A DNA stretch of 64,000 nucleotides from Cyanophora paradoxa CCMP329 (Eukaryota > Plantae > Glaucophyta). The stretch spans positions 62,001 to 126,000 of the forward strand of contig QPMI01000641.1 of the NCBI GenBank assembly GCA_004431415.1, written 5' to 3'. The position numbers and the translations under genes are program-made. Below are positions 1-12,925 of this stretch, one piece after another; the first letter of the stretch is position 1; each line of letters begins with the position of its first letter. The notes beneath the pieces are model-generated. The model was given only the letters and a program-made list of their open reading frames with translations, was not told where the DNA came from and searched no databases.

Positions 1-814
1 TCCGTCTTGCCCCAGCGCTCGCCCTCCCCAACCTGAGGACCGCGCCGGTGAGGGCCGCGCGCGGGGTCGCGCGCGGGTGCAGGGGTACGGGGCCGCACCG
101 GGACGGGGTACATCTCCGCCGCGTCCAGGAAGTTGATGCCCGACGCCCACGCGTAGTCCTGCGCCCCGCACGGCTCGGACGGGCGCGGCACCGCACAGAG
201 GGAAGGACGGGCGGCACCAGCTGCTCGTGAGCCTCCTCGAGCGTGTTCTGCCTGCCCCAGGTCATCGTCCCTGCGCCGCGCCGGGGGGTGAGCGCGCGCC
301 CGCACAAGCGGGCAGGCGGGCGGGCGGGCGGGCGGGGGCCCGGGGAGGCACCGAGGCAGATGTCGGTCACCTTGATGCCCGACTTGCCCAGCTCCTTCAT
401 CTGCGGCCGCGCGCGGTCAGCTCCCGCGACGCTCCGGCCGCGCTTCGCCCGCCCAGCTGCAGCGCACGTGCGCGACGCGCTCGCCTCCCCGCGCTTCCCG
501 CGGCGGCGCACTTCTAGCTAAGCGGCATCTCTCGCGCGTATCGAGCGCGCGCGTCGCCATACCTTCAGATCATAGGAGTCCGTCTTGATCTTGGCGGACG
601 CTTGGGCGGCAAGCGGCGAGGCGCTTGGGCTGGAGCTGCGAGCGACCTCCACGCGCACTGCGTGCTGGGAGAGCGAGGCCGCGAAGGACCGCGCCCTCGC
701 GGGCTTCTTCAGCGCCGGCCTGGACTGGCACGCGCTGGACTGGGACGGGGCGATCAACACCGCATTGCTGGTCGCCGCCGCGACGGGCACGACGAACGCG
801 GATCCGGAAGCCAT
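1..814 (-). CDS. tas: Tas-like NADP(H) aldo-keto reductase with plastid transit peptide (multi-exon, 3' part beyond the left edge)
   Basis: Spliced reading: MASGSAFVVPVAAATS...KIKTDSYDLK|MKELGKSGIKVTDICL|GTMTWGRQNTLEEAHEQL|DYAWASGINFLDAAEMYP. This is the Tas/AKR N-terminal signature; introns are GT-AG. Confidence 0.85.
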
Positions 815-890
815 CGGCCTCAACTCTCTTTCGCTGGCGAATCACGCGTACCCCAAGACTCGACCCGCTCTCGCTCTGACGGCGCCGGCC

Positions 891-2282
891 ATGGCAGCAA
901 ACCGCGCATGTCATCGAAAGCTAAAGGCGCTGGCCTACCCGAGGGCGTCGCAGTTCACAACAGGTGCGGGGCAGCGCGTATGAGGCCGAGCGCGCCTCAC
1001 GCGCTCGCAGAGGACGAAGAAGTACGCGCGCTCGTCGTGTGGCTCGAGGACATGAAGATCCGACAGTGCGCCAGCGTTCTCCCGCCCTCGTCCCATGCGT
1101 CATACGCACCGCGCTCCACAGCTACCCGATCGAGGGCCGGGAGCCGCTCCGGACGTTCAACGCGGAGTGGGGCAAGGTCTTCGCGAAGGTCCGCCGCGCG
1201 GATGGCGCCCCGCGGGCCCGCGCGGCCGGCCCGACGCGGGCGCAGTACCTGGCTGAGCTGGAGTGCCCGCTGGCGGTGGGGGCGGAGGTGAAGCCGCCGT
1301 ACAGCGCCCAGCTGGTCGATTGGATCGTCGGGCACGCCGTCTACCTCGAGCACCAGGACCGAGGCGCGCCGCCGCCGCCCGCCGCCGCCGCCTGTTGCCG
1401 GGCGTGCGCGGGTCGAGCCGCCGCCCGTCCGCAGCGAAGGAGGTCAACGAGGCGGCGAAGCAGTTCGCGGCGCAGCAGAAGGCGGCGGGGCGGCCCAAGG
1501 GACCCGCCGCCTCCTCCTCGAAGGCGTCCGGGCCGCCCGTCCCCCTAGACCGTGCGCCGCCCGCCCGCCCCTCGCGGCGCCCGGCGCCGCGCCGACGATT
1601 GCGGCGGGCGGGGCAGTGGGGTCGGAGGAGCTGCGGGGGGCGCTGGCGGAGCTCGCGGCGGTGCTGAAGCAGCCGACGGAGGGCCGCGACGCAGCTGCCC
1701 TGCTCCAGGTGCCTGGCCCCTCCCGCCCCCCTCCCGCCTCCAGGCCGCGCCGGCGCGGGGCGAGGCGAGCGAGCGGGCGGGCGCGGGGGCAGGCGGCGGC
1801 GGACGTGATTGAGCGGAAGTTCAGCGCGGCAGCGGTGGCGGCGGCGACGGGCAAGGGGCCCAAGCCGGTCCCCGGGACCCCCGACCCGCAGCTGCCCGCC
1901 GACCTCTTCCCCCTGGGCTTCGAGACCGGCGGCACGCCCCGCCCCGCCCCGCCCGCGGCCCCGCCGGCCCCGGGCCGCCGCTGAGGGCCCCGCCGGCAGA
2001 CCCGCTGCTGGACAAGGCGGCGCGGGTGCTGCGGCTCCTCCACACGCGCGACCTGCGCGAGCTCCAGACCCGCATCAACCAGGCCCGCCGCCCCGCCCCG
2101 CCCCGCCCCTCGCCGCGGGCCCCGAGCAGCCGCCCGCCTCGCCCCGCAGGTCATCGTTGCGGTACAAGAGTACTCAGCGAACCCGAAGGCCTGCCCCCGC
2201 CCCCGCCCCCGCCCGCCCCGCCCCGCCCCGCCCCTGACGCAGACCGCAGACCGACAGCAGGCTCGGCAAGGTCGGCTTCTGA
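891..2282 (+). CDS. RTRAF: RNA transcription, translation and transport factor (CGI-99/C14orf166; tRNA ligase complex subunit), ~10 exons
   Basis: Spliced: MAANRACHRKLKALAYP...VVWLEDMKIRHYPIEGREPLR...FPLGFETGDPLLDKAARVLRLLHTRDLRELQTRINQVIVAVQEYSANPKTDSRLGKVGF*. Matches the conserved N- and C-terminal motifs. Confidence 0.92.
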
Positions 2283-2495
2283 GTCGGGGCGGCCCGGCGG
2301 CGCCCGCCCCAGCCCGGTCCCCGCCCCATGTGCTCTGGCATTGTATAGATGAATCTGCAGGCGCCCGCTCACTCGCTCTGGTCTCACGAGGCTGGGAAAT
2401 GGTTTCTGGTTACGATTCAAGGGTACATAAGCGGACAAGGTATTGTGCAGGGGGCGGGAAGACCCGCGCGCTGGAAAAAGCTGGAAAGAAGGCCT

Positions 2496-3570
2496 TCACT
2501 TGGAGGAGGTCTGCGTGGGGTTCCACCACTCGACCTGCCGGCGGCGCGCGCGTCAGGGGCCGCGCGCGTGGGGCGCCGCCGCCGGTCCTAGGTTTCTGGT
2601 AGGGGCGCACCTGCTGCTGGTAGGGCCGGTAGTTAGGGTTCATGCGGTAGTTCGAGGCCTTGAAGCCCGGCTGCGGCGGACCGGTCAGGTCCACGCCGGA
2701 AGCTGGCGGGAGAGGGCGGCGCGGGTGAGGGCGGGGCAGGCGCAGGCGCACCGAGGTGTAGGCGTTGCCAGTGCCGGTCCTGCGGCGAGGGCGGGCGGTC
2801 AGAGAAAGAGCACAGGGGCGGCGGCGCGCGCAGGCGGGGCGCCGGTGGTGGCACCAGTTGCGCTCGGGGCTCTTCAGCGCGAAGGCCGGCTGCGGCACCT
2901 CCTTCTGCGTCGGCGCCTCGTCGACCTGCGCCGCGTCAGCTCAGTGCGCGCCCCGCGGCGGGGCGCGATGCGGGGCCGGCGCGCCATATGGTGCAGCCAC
3001 CTGCGCCCGGTGCGTCGGCGGGGCGGGCGGGCTTGCGGGGCGCGAGTCGGCTTACCGGTGCCACTCCGCGGGGACGGTAGAGCTGTCCACGTTCTTCCCG
3101 TCCACGTAGGTGTACTGCCGGAGAGGAAAGGGGGGCAGGCGCCGAGTCAACCGCGAAGGGATGTGGGGCCGCCGCCGGCTTGGCGGCCCGGCGCGCTCGG
3201 CAAGAGGAAAGGAAAGAAATCGTACCTCCACCCAGCGATCCCGCCACGCCTGCTCGGTCGAACGCGACGGGCTCTGATAGTACCTTCGGGCCGCGTCAGC
3301 GCGCAGGGCGGTGGAGCTCTGGCCGACATCACGGCGTGCTCTGGATCGCAGCCGCCGACGCACTTGTTGCCCCAGGCGTCCTCGCCGACGCAGATGCCCT
3401 CGCGGATTTCGCCCTTCATGAGCAGGATGCGCTTAAACGTGCCCCGGAGGCCGGACTGGCGGAGCTCCGAGGTAACTGCCGCACTCGCGGTTACGGGGGC
3501 CTCCGAGGCCTGTGCGGGGCGCGCGGCCAGGCGGTTGCGCACTCGCACGGGCGAGGGCGACGGCGTTCAT
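2496..3570 (-). CDS. NDUFA12: NADH:ubiquinone oxidoreductase subunit A12 (B17.2) family
   Basis: Spliced: ...ICVGEDAWGNK|YYQSP...WRDRWVE|YTYVDGKNVDSSTVPAEWHR|WLHHM...YQQQ|VEWWNPTQTSSK*. Matches the G(E/T)DxxGNKYYE...RWV.Y...VPxEWHxWL motif. Confidence 0.88.
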
Positions 3571-3819
3571 CTTTGACCGCGCTCCCGATCTGCTGGCCTC
3601 CAAGAACAAGCGGCTCCGCTCTGGCCGCTAGGAGCTGTCGTAGAAGTTGCGCGACGAGCGGCTGTAGCCCCCCAGAACACGTCCCCCCCTTGCTGAGCTT
3701 CTTGCGGCGGTGCAGCCAGCAGCAAGGTCGTCGGCGTCATTTACGGGACCTTTAAGTGACATAGCAGCACCCCCGCAGGCGCCGGCCCTTAGCGGGCACG
3801 AGGCCCGGTGCGGGCGACA

Positions 3820-6122
3820 ATGCGCCCGGTACGGCCCTTGGGGCGCGAGGTGAGCTAGCTCGGGCCTGCATGCGCCGTAGCTAGCTTGTCTGACTCGAAA
3901 TTGCCGCCAGGGCCTGCCCCGGATCGGCCCGCAGCCCTGGAGTATCCGTCAGCTGCCCAAGAACGCGGAGGAGCTCAGGAGGCAACTCCAGGAGGAGAAG
4001 GTTAAGGAGATCCTAAGCAAAAACATCGCATACGGTGCGCACGGCAGCGGCGGCCCGCTGCCCGCGGCCCGGCGGCTGAGCACCGCCTCGGCTCGCCGGC
4101 AGACCGGGCGCTCCGGGGCTCCGTGAGCGCCCCCGACACGCACGCGGCCCTTCCCGACATTGTCCCCCGCGCCCCCTTCCGGCCCGCCCTGCCCGTGCGC
4201 CCCCGCCGGCCCCGCCGCCCGCCCCGCCCGCCCCGCGAGGCTCACGCGGGGTGAGCAGGAGGCGCCGCCGCCGCCGGGGGCCACTACCGCCGAAAGAAGA
4301 TCGTGCGCTCGACGCCGCCGGACGAGCAGCGCTCCGCGCGGCGCGACTCGGCGCGGGCCGCGAAGAAGTCGGCGCGGGGCCCCCAGGGCGGCTGGCCCGA
4401 GGACCTCCTGCCCCCCGAGCCGCCACCGCCCCCGCCCGAAGAGGAGGGCGGGCCGATCGGGGACCTGCGTTCGCTGCTGGCGCGGGAGCGGGCGCTGCTG
4501 GAGGCGGTGAGCCGGGCGCCCCCCGAGGAGCCCCAGATCCTCGTCGTCGAGCTGCCCCCGCGCACCGCCGACGAGGAGGCCCACGCCGCCGCCCGCCCCG
4601 GCGGCCCCGGCGGCCCCGGCCCGGGGCGCGAGGAGGGGGAGCAGGCGGACTACTACGGCGGGGATGGCTTTGAGGAGGCCCCGCCCGAGCCGCCGGAGCC
4701 GCCCCGCCGGCGGCGCCTCCGGAGGCCCCCGAGGAGCACTCGCGGGCGGCGCGGGCCGAGGCCGGCGCCGCCGCCGCCGTCGCCCACGCCGAGGAGGTCC
4801 CGCCCCGCCCTTGCACCCTCCCCCTCCCCTCGCGGGCGCGTTCGCTGAGGGCGGGGCACAGGTGCTGAGGCTGCTGCCGCCGCCGCCGCCGGGGACCCGA
4901 GGCCCGCTCCGCCCGCCGCCGCCACCGCTACGACGCCCTCGAGGCCGAGGCCGAGGCGGAGCAGCAGGAGGGGGAGGGGGATGAGGAGGGGGCGCCCGGG
5001 CCGCCCCCCTCCGACCCGGAGCCCGAGGCGGAGGCGCGGGGAGGGGCGGAGGCGCCCCTCTCGCTCCCGGGCGACCCGCAGCCCGCGCCCGAGCCGCCCG
5101 GGCTCCCCGGCCCGGAGCCCGCGCCCGCCTCCAGGCCCGAGCCGGAGGAGCCTCCGGCACCGCCGCCCCCGCCCCCGCCCCCGCGGTTCCCGAAGGAGGA
5201 GGAGGCGCGGGGGGTGGAGGAGCCGGAGCTCGCCTGGGTCTGCCCCAAGTACCAGCGGCCCCCGGTGCGCCCGCCCGCCCCCCCGCCCGCCCGCCCGCCC
5301 GCCCGATTCCGGTCCGGCTGACCCAAGCTTATTCTCGTAGGACCTGGAGCCCGGGGACGTGGACGGGCTGCTGGAGGCGGACCCCCTCGGTCCCTTCCGA
5401 GACTCCCTCCGCCTCGCCCCCACCGCCCTCAAGACCGACCCCGCCCCGGAGGCGCCCCGCCCCGCACCCGACCCCGCCCCCGCCCCCGTCCCCGTCTTGG
5501 GCCTGACCGCGGGTCTCGCGGGGGCCCGGGGGCAGGAGCTGGAGGGGTACGCGGTGTACTTCAAGGTGCCCCAGCGGTGGCACCCGCCGCAGGTCGAGAT
5601 GGCCTCCCTCCTCGCCGCCGCCTTCTCCTGCCCCGTGCCCCGTCCGCTCCCGCCCCCGCCAGGCTCGGGCTGTGATCAAATTCCAATTTCCCGCCCCGCA
5701 GACCCCTGGCGGGAGCTGGCGACGGCGGACGGGCGCGTCTACTACCACGACCGCCTCGCAAACCAGACCTCCTGGCGCGCCCCCCGCCTTCATCCCTTTC
5801 GTCGCCCGGCCGGCCGGCCCGCTGACCGACGGGCGCGCCGCTCCCCGCAGGACGCACCCGCTGGACCCGGTCTACAAGGCCTACGCCGAGACCCTCGTCG
5901 AGTTCCTCGACGTCCGCCTCGCCGCCCGCCCGCCCGGCCGCCGCCCCGCCGTCCCGCCGCCCTAACGGGGCCGACGGGCGGGCGGGCGGGCAGGTGCGGA
6001 AGGCGGCGTACGAGGAGATGCTGCGGGTGAACGAGGACGCGCTGCGGCGCACGAAGCGCAGCACGCGGGCACTGCTCGCCCTCGAGATGCGCGCCCGCTC
6101 CCTCCGCTCCCTCGCCGCCTGA
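3820..6122 (+). CDS. Pro/Glu-rich protein with a C-terminal WW domain (CEP164-like module); start uncertain
   Basis: Exons encode PWRELATADGRVYYHDRLANQTSW|THPLDPVYK (WW domain) followed by a helical tail ending at TGA 6120-6122. Confidence 0.6.
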
Positions 6123-7004
6123 GGCCCCGGCCCCGGCCCCGCCCCCGGCCCCGCCCCCGCCCCCGCCCCGTGTACGCGAGGAGGGGCGCTCGCCCTCCTG
6201 CGCTCCAGTCCTGATCATGAGCTGGCTGCTTGTAGTTTTTAATTTGCCGCAGTGCAAGCCGGAAGTAATGCAACTCGAATTCAAAGCCGACCACAGCGTA
6301 CGCAAGCCAAAAATGCGTTGTTATTGTTACAGGATTCAGGTACATATGCCGCGCCGCAGTGCACAGTGCTGTGCGCTGAACGGTCGACGCATAAAGCAAT
6401 GATCATGAAAGCACTGAGACAACAAAAAGCTTAAGAAGACTCTTAACGGGCTTAGAATACAAGTAGACTGATCTGTTACACTCATGCAGTGACTGCAGCT
6501 GCTATGTATATGCTACAGGGGTGTGAACTCGAAATTTTGCAACTGTACTGTCGGAGCATCAGGCAAAAAGAGGAAGTACGTATACGGTTGAGGCTGCCGA
6601 CCAACGTCACTCACAGAGGGAACCCGGCGCACATTTTGACATGGAGATAGGTAGTTAGCTGACTATATAGCTAGTTATTTGCGAAATCCCTCGAAAGGGA
6701 TGGGTGGTGTACGGGGCGGGGGGTAGGGGTGAAGGCGTCTGGGACTAAGACATTGAGAATCGAAATTGAGAAATACGCGTCTGTGCTGTGCACGATTGAA
6801 AGAGATGCCCTATTGAATCTACATGGATTTGGCGCATGAGATGCGGACACTGGTTCTAGCACGCAGAGGAAACGGAAAGGATGGGACGCTGTATACTACC
6901 AGTACGAGTGCAGAGACGCACGGAGAGGGGTCCGAAAGCAGGAAAGGAAGAGAGAGGGGAGAGGGCTCCGGGGGCGGTAAGGGAGGGAAGAAAGAGCAGG
7001 AGGC

Positions 7005-8344
7005 TCAGAAGAGGGGGAGGGAGGGGTTGCGGGGGCGGCGCCCCGGCTGGCGGGAGGGGAGGGGGAGGCCGGCGGCGAGGCGGGTGGCGTTGGAGGCGGC
7101 GAAGCGGCGGAGGGTGAGGCCCAGCTCCCCGGTCTTGAGCCACCCCCGCCGCCCCCGCGCCTCCCCGCCCGCCCCCGGGGGCGAGGGCGGGCGCGGGGTG
7201 CAGCGGCGGGGCGGGGGCGCGGGCTCCAGCGGCGCCGCGCGCTCGCGCTCGCGGGAGTGGCGGATGCGGGCGAGGGGCTCCAGCAGGCACCCGAGGGGCA
7301 CCTCCGCCGGCTCGCGCAGGGCCCCCGCCGCCCCCGGGGCCGCCGCCGGCGGCGGCCGCGCGCGCCGGCGACGGCGGCCGCGTGAGGGCCTCCACGATGG
7401 CCGTCAGGAAGGCCGAGACGGGCCCCGGCGCCTCCGTCGCCACGCCTGCCCCGCCCCCGCGCGTCAGCCTCGCGGGGCGGGGCCGGCGGGGCGGGCGGGG
7501 CCCACGCACAGTTGCGGACGAGGGCGAGGATGGAGCGGGCGAAGGCGTGGCGCCCGAGGACGGCGCGGCGGTCGGCGTCGGCGAGCCAGTCCTTCTCGGC
7601 GACGGCGCGCGAGGCGGCGGGCTCGAGGGCCGAGGTCCGCAGGCAGCGCATGAGGCCCTCGTGGAGCTGCAGGTACGACTCCTTCGACATCGCCGCCGCC
7701 CCGCGCGCCGCCGCCTCCCACAGGCGCCCCATGCACGCCGCCACAAACGACGGCTCCGCCCCCGCCCCCTCCTCCCCTTCGTCCGACGATGAGGAGGGCC
7801 GGCGCTCCGCGGCCGGCGCCCCGGTCTCGTCGACGTCCCACGCGCCGGCCTCCTCCTCCTCCACCACCACCTCCCCCAGCGCCGCCCCGTCTGCGCGTCG
7901 CGTCGGCTGGTGGTGGCGGCGGCGGCCTGGGCACCAGCCCCAAGCCGGAGCGGTCGCACCGGCACATCGCTCGTGCGCCTCCCGGCTGATCGTCGCGGCC
8001 TCCAGCGATTCCCACCACTCGCACTCACGCTGCGCCGCCACGTGCCAGTCCACCTCTTCCTCGTCAAGGTCGGCCAGAGCCGGGGGCGATGCGCGTCCCG
8101 CGAATGCGCGCCGCGGGGCCTGCTCCGGCGTCCGGGGCTGCTCTTGCCGGCTGTCAGCCAGACTCTGCTCGCGCAGCATCTCCGTCCGCCAGTCCTCCTC
8201 ATCCTCAAAATCTTCATAGGTGAAATCTGTGGTATCCTCGATGCGCTCGCCGTGGGCGGCCGCGGCGATTCTCCTGCCGGCCTGCCGCCTGTTTAGCGGC
8301 GAATGTATGCCTGCCGGCTGTATTATCATTGCTGCGGCTGCCAT
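7005..8344 (-). CDS. Hypothetical protein (acidic N-terminus; AEKDWLAD...FARSILAL helical module); 3' end uncertain
   Basis: Long first exon with natural composition and an intron at ~7448-7510. The downstream frame is ambiguous (possible sequencing frameshift). Confidence 0.5.
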
Positions 8345-9030
8345 CCCGCTTATCTCCCTCTTGTGCTGTGCTCTTGCTCCGTGCTGGTCTTGCTTGGTGT
8401 TCTTGCAATTGCGCGCCGCCTTAAGCTTTCCTAGCTATATAGCGCGATACGACGCTGCACTGCCTCGGAGCGGCGTGCAGCCGCGTGCTGCGCATGCGGC
8501 GCAGCTGAAGCGCTAGGCGCCGCTAACCTGTTGAAACTTTGAAAGCTGCTGGCAGCCTGCTGCTGAGTCAGTGCTGACGCAGTGACGCTAGCCGACGGAT
8601 TTTCGGTGGTGGGAGGCGAACCTGGCGAACCCCAGCGACGCCGCGCAGAGAAATCTGCATGCTCGATTGGTCGATCTCCGACGAACGGGTCACCCCAAAT
8701 TCCCCGAGTGCCCCGTGCCGCTTGAATGGCGGCGGGCCGGCGCAGACAGCGCGGCCCCGTAACTGGCAGGGGGGGAGACGGATTTGGGGTACAATTAAAG
8801 CAGAGCCGTGGGGGTACAAAGCGCAGTTGTTTCGAAAAAACTCGGCGAACCACAGCGATGCAGCTACGCAAGCACGCACACAAGCGCCGAGACGCCACGT
8901 CGAGCTTCGAAACCCCGCAGGGTGAGCGAGGGCTGACGTCAGCGCTCGGTTTTCGAATTTGATTTCAAGTTCAACTGAACTTCGACTGCGCGACGTGCGC
9001 AGCACGCCGCCGGCGTTTATGGGGACCGGA

Positions 9031-10839
9031 ATGCGCTCGAGAACCTACCTCTCAAGCCGTCACCGGCCAGGAGCTCGAGGTCCCGCCCAGCGAGGGAGCG
9101 GTTATGTGCACTCCCCATGCGCGGGGAGATGCGGACTCGCACATTTCTTCGTTGCCGCGAGAGATCCTTTCCGAGATCCTGAAGCTCGCTGGCCCGATGT
9201 CCGCGTGGCGCTTGCGGGGTGTCTCCAGGTTCGCGTGCCCCTTGGCCGTGCACGTCGGCGCAGCCCGCCCCCCGCGCGCTCATGCCGCCGCATCCACGCA
9301 GGGCTTGGAAGGGAGCGTTCGAGCTCACGACCTGGGCGCCCTTCCGCATGCGCCTACTCAGCGGGGATGTGGCCCGCGCGGAGGAGGCGGCGCGCCGCGG
9401 CAAGCTCGGCATCCGCGGCGACCTCGAGGTCGAGCTGCGCGGGCAGGCGCGCGGGCAGGTCGATCTGCCGAGCCTGCCGGAGCAGGCGCGCGGGGCGCAC
9501 CCGCGGCTGCTGCTGGACGCGCTGGCGCGGGGCGGCGGCGCGTGGGCGCTGCGCGGCGTGGACGTCGACATCCGCCTCCCCGCGGGAGCCAACCTGGCGG
9601 CACACGCTCTCGGATGCCTCCGCTCCAGCGCCGGCCCTCAGCTCCGCTCGTTCGCCCTCGCCAGCGGCGCCCCGCTGCAGGGCACGCGCCCGCTCTGCCC
9701 GCCGCCGCCGTCCGCCCTCTGGGGGCACCTGCTGCCGCTGCTGCCGGCGCTGGCCGTCCTGCACCTCCCCGCGGGACTCCCCCTGGACGCGGCCGGCGCC
9801 GCTGCCATCGCCTCCGGCCTCCCCGCGCTGCGCGACCTGAAGTTCCGCCCCGACTCGCCCGAGGCGGTCGCGGCGCTGGCCCCGGCCCCCCTCGAGCGCC
9901 TCGCCCTCCACGGCGGCACGTACTCCTGGCAGTTTGGGGACGGAAACCCCGCGGCCCTGGCTTCCCTTGCCCACGACGCCCCCTGCGGCGCCTCCCTCCT
10001 CTCCTTCGCCCCCTGGTCCGACCCCCCCGCCGCCCCCCGTGATCTTCTTCCGCTAACTTCCGGGCAGCGTCGAGGGGTCGGCGGCGCTGGCGCCCCACAA
10101 CCTGCGCGCCCTCGCCGCCATGCCGCGGCTCCAGCGCATCGAGGGCTGGGTCGACGTGCGCACCCGTACCCCCCCCCCCCCCCCCCCCACCCTCGCCTGT
10201 TCTTAAGCGGGGCGGCGCAGCTGGAGCGGAGCGTGACGCAGGAGGACGTGGCGTCGCTGGCCCGCCGGGGCCTCCTCTCCCTCTCCCTCGCCTGCTCCTC
10301 CAACGACCAGGCACGCCCGCCCGCCCCCGCCCCGGCCGTCTTCCCCGCCCCTGGCGCCCCGCCTGAGCCAGCCGGGGCAGATCCGGGGCCTGGCGGAGGT
10401 GGCGCGGGCGTGCGCGGGGCCCGGGCCAGGGGGCCTGGAGTCGCTGGACCTCTGCGTGAACAACGTGGAGCGGGCCATGGACGGGCCGGCCCTCGCCCGG
10501 CTGCTGCGCCTCGCGGGGCCGGCCCTCCGCGAGGCCCGCCTCCTCTCTAGCGCGGGGCCCCTCCCCGCCGCCGCCCTCGCCGCCCTCGCCGCCTGCCCGC
10601 GGCTGCAGCGCCTCACGCTGCGCTCCTTCGTGAACGGGTGGGAGGACGTCGCGCCGCTGGTGGCCCTCGCCGGGCACGCGGCCCTGCCGCCCCGCGAGGC
10701 CTTTCTCCTGCGCGTCGGCTTCGGGCGGCTGGGTCTCGAGCCTGCGGGGCGCGTCGCCCTCGCCTCCGAGTTCGTGGACCGCGCCAAGGGCGCCCTCTCC
10801 GAGGCCCTCGGCGCCGCCTGCAACCTCGTCTTCCTCTAG
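9031..10839 (+). CDS. F-box protein with a degenerate LRR-like Leu-rich region
   Basis: F-box-like ISSLPREILSEILKLAGPMSAWRLRGVSR, followed by LxxLxL repeats (LPALAVLHL, LPALRDLKF, CPRLQRLTL). Start codon uncertain. Confidence 0.65.
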
Positions 10840-11035
10840 CGCCCGGGGGCACGCAGGCCCGCCGGCGGTTCGCTGTACCCCTTTTTCAATTTTTACAGAA
10901 ACGCCGAACACTACCCCATGAAGCGGAAGTAGGGGCACTCGTCCCCGCCCTCGCCGGACTCGCGCAGCTCGCGGCGGAAGAACCAGCCACGCCCTGCGAA
11001 CGCCCGCTCCGCCCAGCAGTCCTGGGGGTACGCGA

Positions 11036-12693
11036 TCAGGTCGCGGGGTGCCGGGGGCGGGGGGGGAAGTTGAAGGGGTACGCGGCCCCGGGGCGCGCCT
11101 GCTCGTGCTCGTCGTCGCCGTCGACGAAGAGGATGCGGGAGGGGGGGTACGCCGCCGAGACGTCCCCCCAGAAGCGGGGCTCGGCCGCCTCGCGCGACTC
11201 GCCGGCGCGGTGCGCGTTCGCGTAGACGACCACGTCGAACTCGCGCGCCCGGATCCGCGCCGAGAGGTTCCCGCGGTCCACCTCCCCGGGGCCCTCCCGC
11301 AGCAGGTACCCGAACGTGAAGCCGTACCCGTGGATGTGCTCCCGCCCCAGGCCCGCCGGCCCCGGCGCCCCGTCGTTCCGTGCGTACATGTACCAGTGCT
11401 CCACGTCGTCTACCGCCTGCAGGGGGGAAAAGATGGGGGGGGGGGACTGAGCAGGAGGGGTACGAGGCGGGGGGCCGGTCGGCCGACCTTGGGCCCCATG
11501 AGCTTCCGGAAGCCGTGGAGCAGCAGCTCGCGGGAGTAGTTCGGGCGCCAGAACCTGCCGCGGGGTGTCAGGCGCCGCCGGGAGGGGTACGTGGGCGGAG
11601 AGCGGTAGGGGGCAGGGCACCAGCCGAGGATGAGGAGGGCGGAGCGGGCGGCCTCGTTGCCGGAGACGCGGAGGACGTAGCGGGCGAGCTCGCGGGTCGT
11701 GAGGCGCTCGCGCGTGTACCGCAGCAGCGCCCCCGCGACCTCGCGGTACGACGCCTCGTCGAAGGCCGCCCGCTCCAGCGTCAGGTAGCCCAGCCCCGGC
11801 AGCGACTGCGCCGCCAGCAGCGCCGCCTTCGGGTGCGTCACCAGCACCGTCCCCGGCGCGCAGTCTGCCCCTCCCGTGGGCCGCGGGGCGGGGCGGGGCG
11901 GGGCGGGGCGCGTGGGACGGGGGCGCCGGCCGCGGACCAAGGTCGAGGAAGTAGGGGACGCAGCCGTCGCCCAGGATCTCGTAGTGGCGCAGCGCTTCCC
12001 AGCCGTTCTTCTTGTACGTCACGCTGCGCCCCCGCCCGGCCGCTCGCCGCCCGCGCCCGCGCTTGCGGGAGGGCGGCGGCGCGGCCGCGTTCGTATGCGC
12101 ACCAGAAGCGGGCGCGGCGGTACTCGCGGTGGTACGCGCTCTCGCCCGCCGCGGTCGCATCGAACGACTGCGCGGGAAGATAAGCGTACGCGTCGCCATC
12201 GGACGCGCGAGAGTGGGCGGCGCGGGGCGCGCGTAGTTGTAGTCGGAGTTCGGGTAGATCTCGCTGAAGTCGAGCTCCTTCTCCGGCAGCTCTTCCACCA
12301 CGTGCTCCTCTGGGATCGCGTACGGCAGCGGGTAGACCTGCCGGCCCCGCCCCTGTCAGGGGTGCGGCAGCAGGGCGCCGCCACGCGGGTTGGCCGACCT
12401 TGTAGCCGCCTGGCCGCACGACGGGAGGAGGGTCGACGCGCGGAGCTCGAAGCTCGCGCAGGATGCGCGCCGCTATCTCGCGGCTGCTGCCGAAGTGCGG
12501 CGGCTGGGCGGCCGCCAAGCACAGCAGCGTGGCGGCGAGGAGCGCGGCCGCGAGGGCGAGCCGCCGCGGCCCCGCCGCGCTCGGTCGCGTCGCCAGGCTG
12601 TCGCAGTGCTGGCCGATCGATCCTGTCGCGGCCGCTGGCCTGTTGAGCTTCTACCCCCCGCGCGCTCACATTCCTACTCGAGCTCATGATCAT
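11036..12693 (-). CDS. Putative glycosyltransferase (exostosin/GT47-like 'KKxGW..LRHYEI' family) with an N-terminal membrane anchor
   Basis: Spliced core: VYPLPYAIPEE...AYHREYRRARF..TYKKNGWEALRHYEILGDGCVPYFLDL..C...HPK...LLRYTRERLTT...LLLHGFRKL...FDVVVY...ILFVDGDD. Confidence 0.6.
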
Positions 12694-12925
12694 GTGAGAT
12701 CGCAGTTTCTCGCGGTTACAGCTTCCAAGATACAGCTTCTATAACTAGCTCCCGATTCGCTGATATCGATGCACCAGCGGACTTCTATCAAGTTCTATGC
12801 CGCAGTGCGGGCGCGACGCGAAAGGAGTCTCAACATCCTGATCATCTCACGATAAAAAAACCGCAGTTTTTAACTGACTCTTGACTAAACCTGGCTAGCT
12901 GCCGGCCTGCCGTGCGGCGGGGCCC

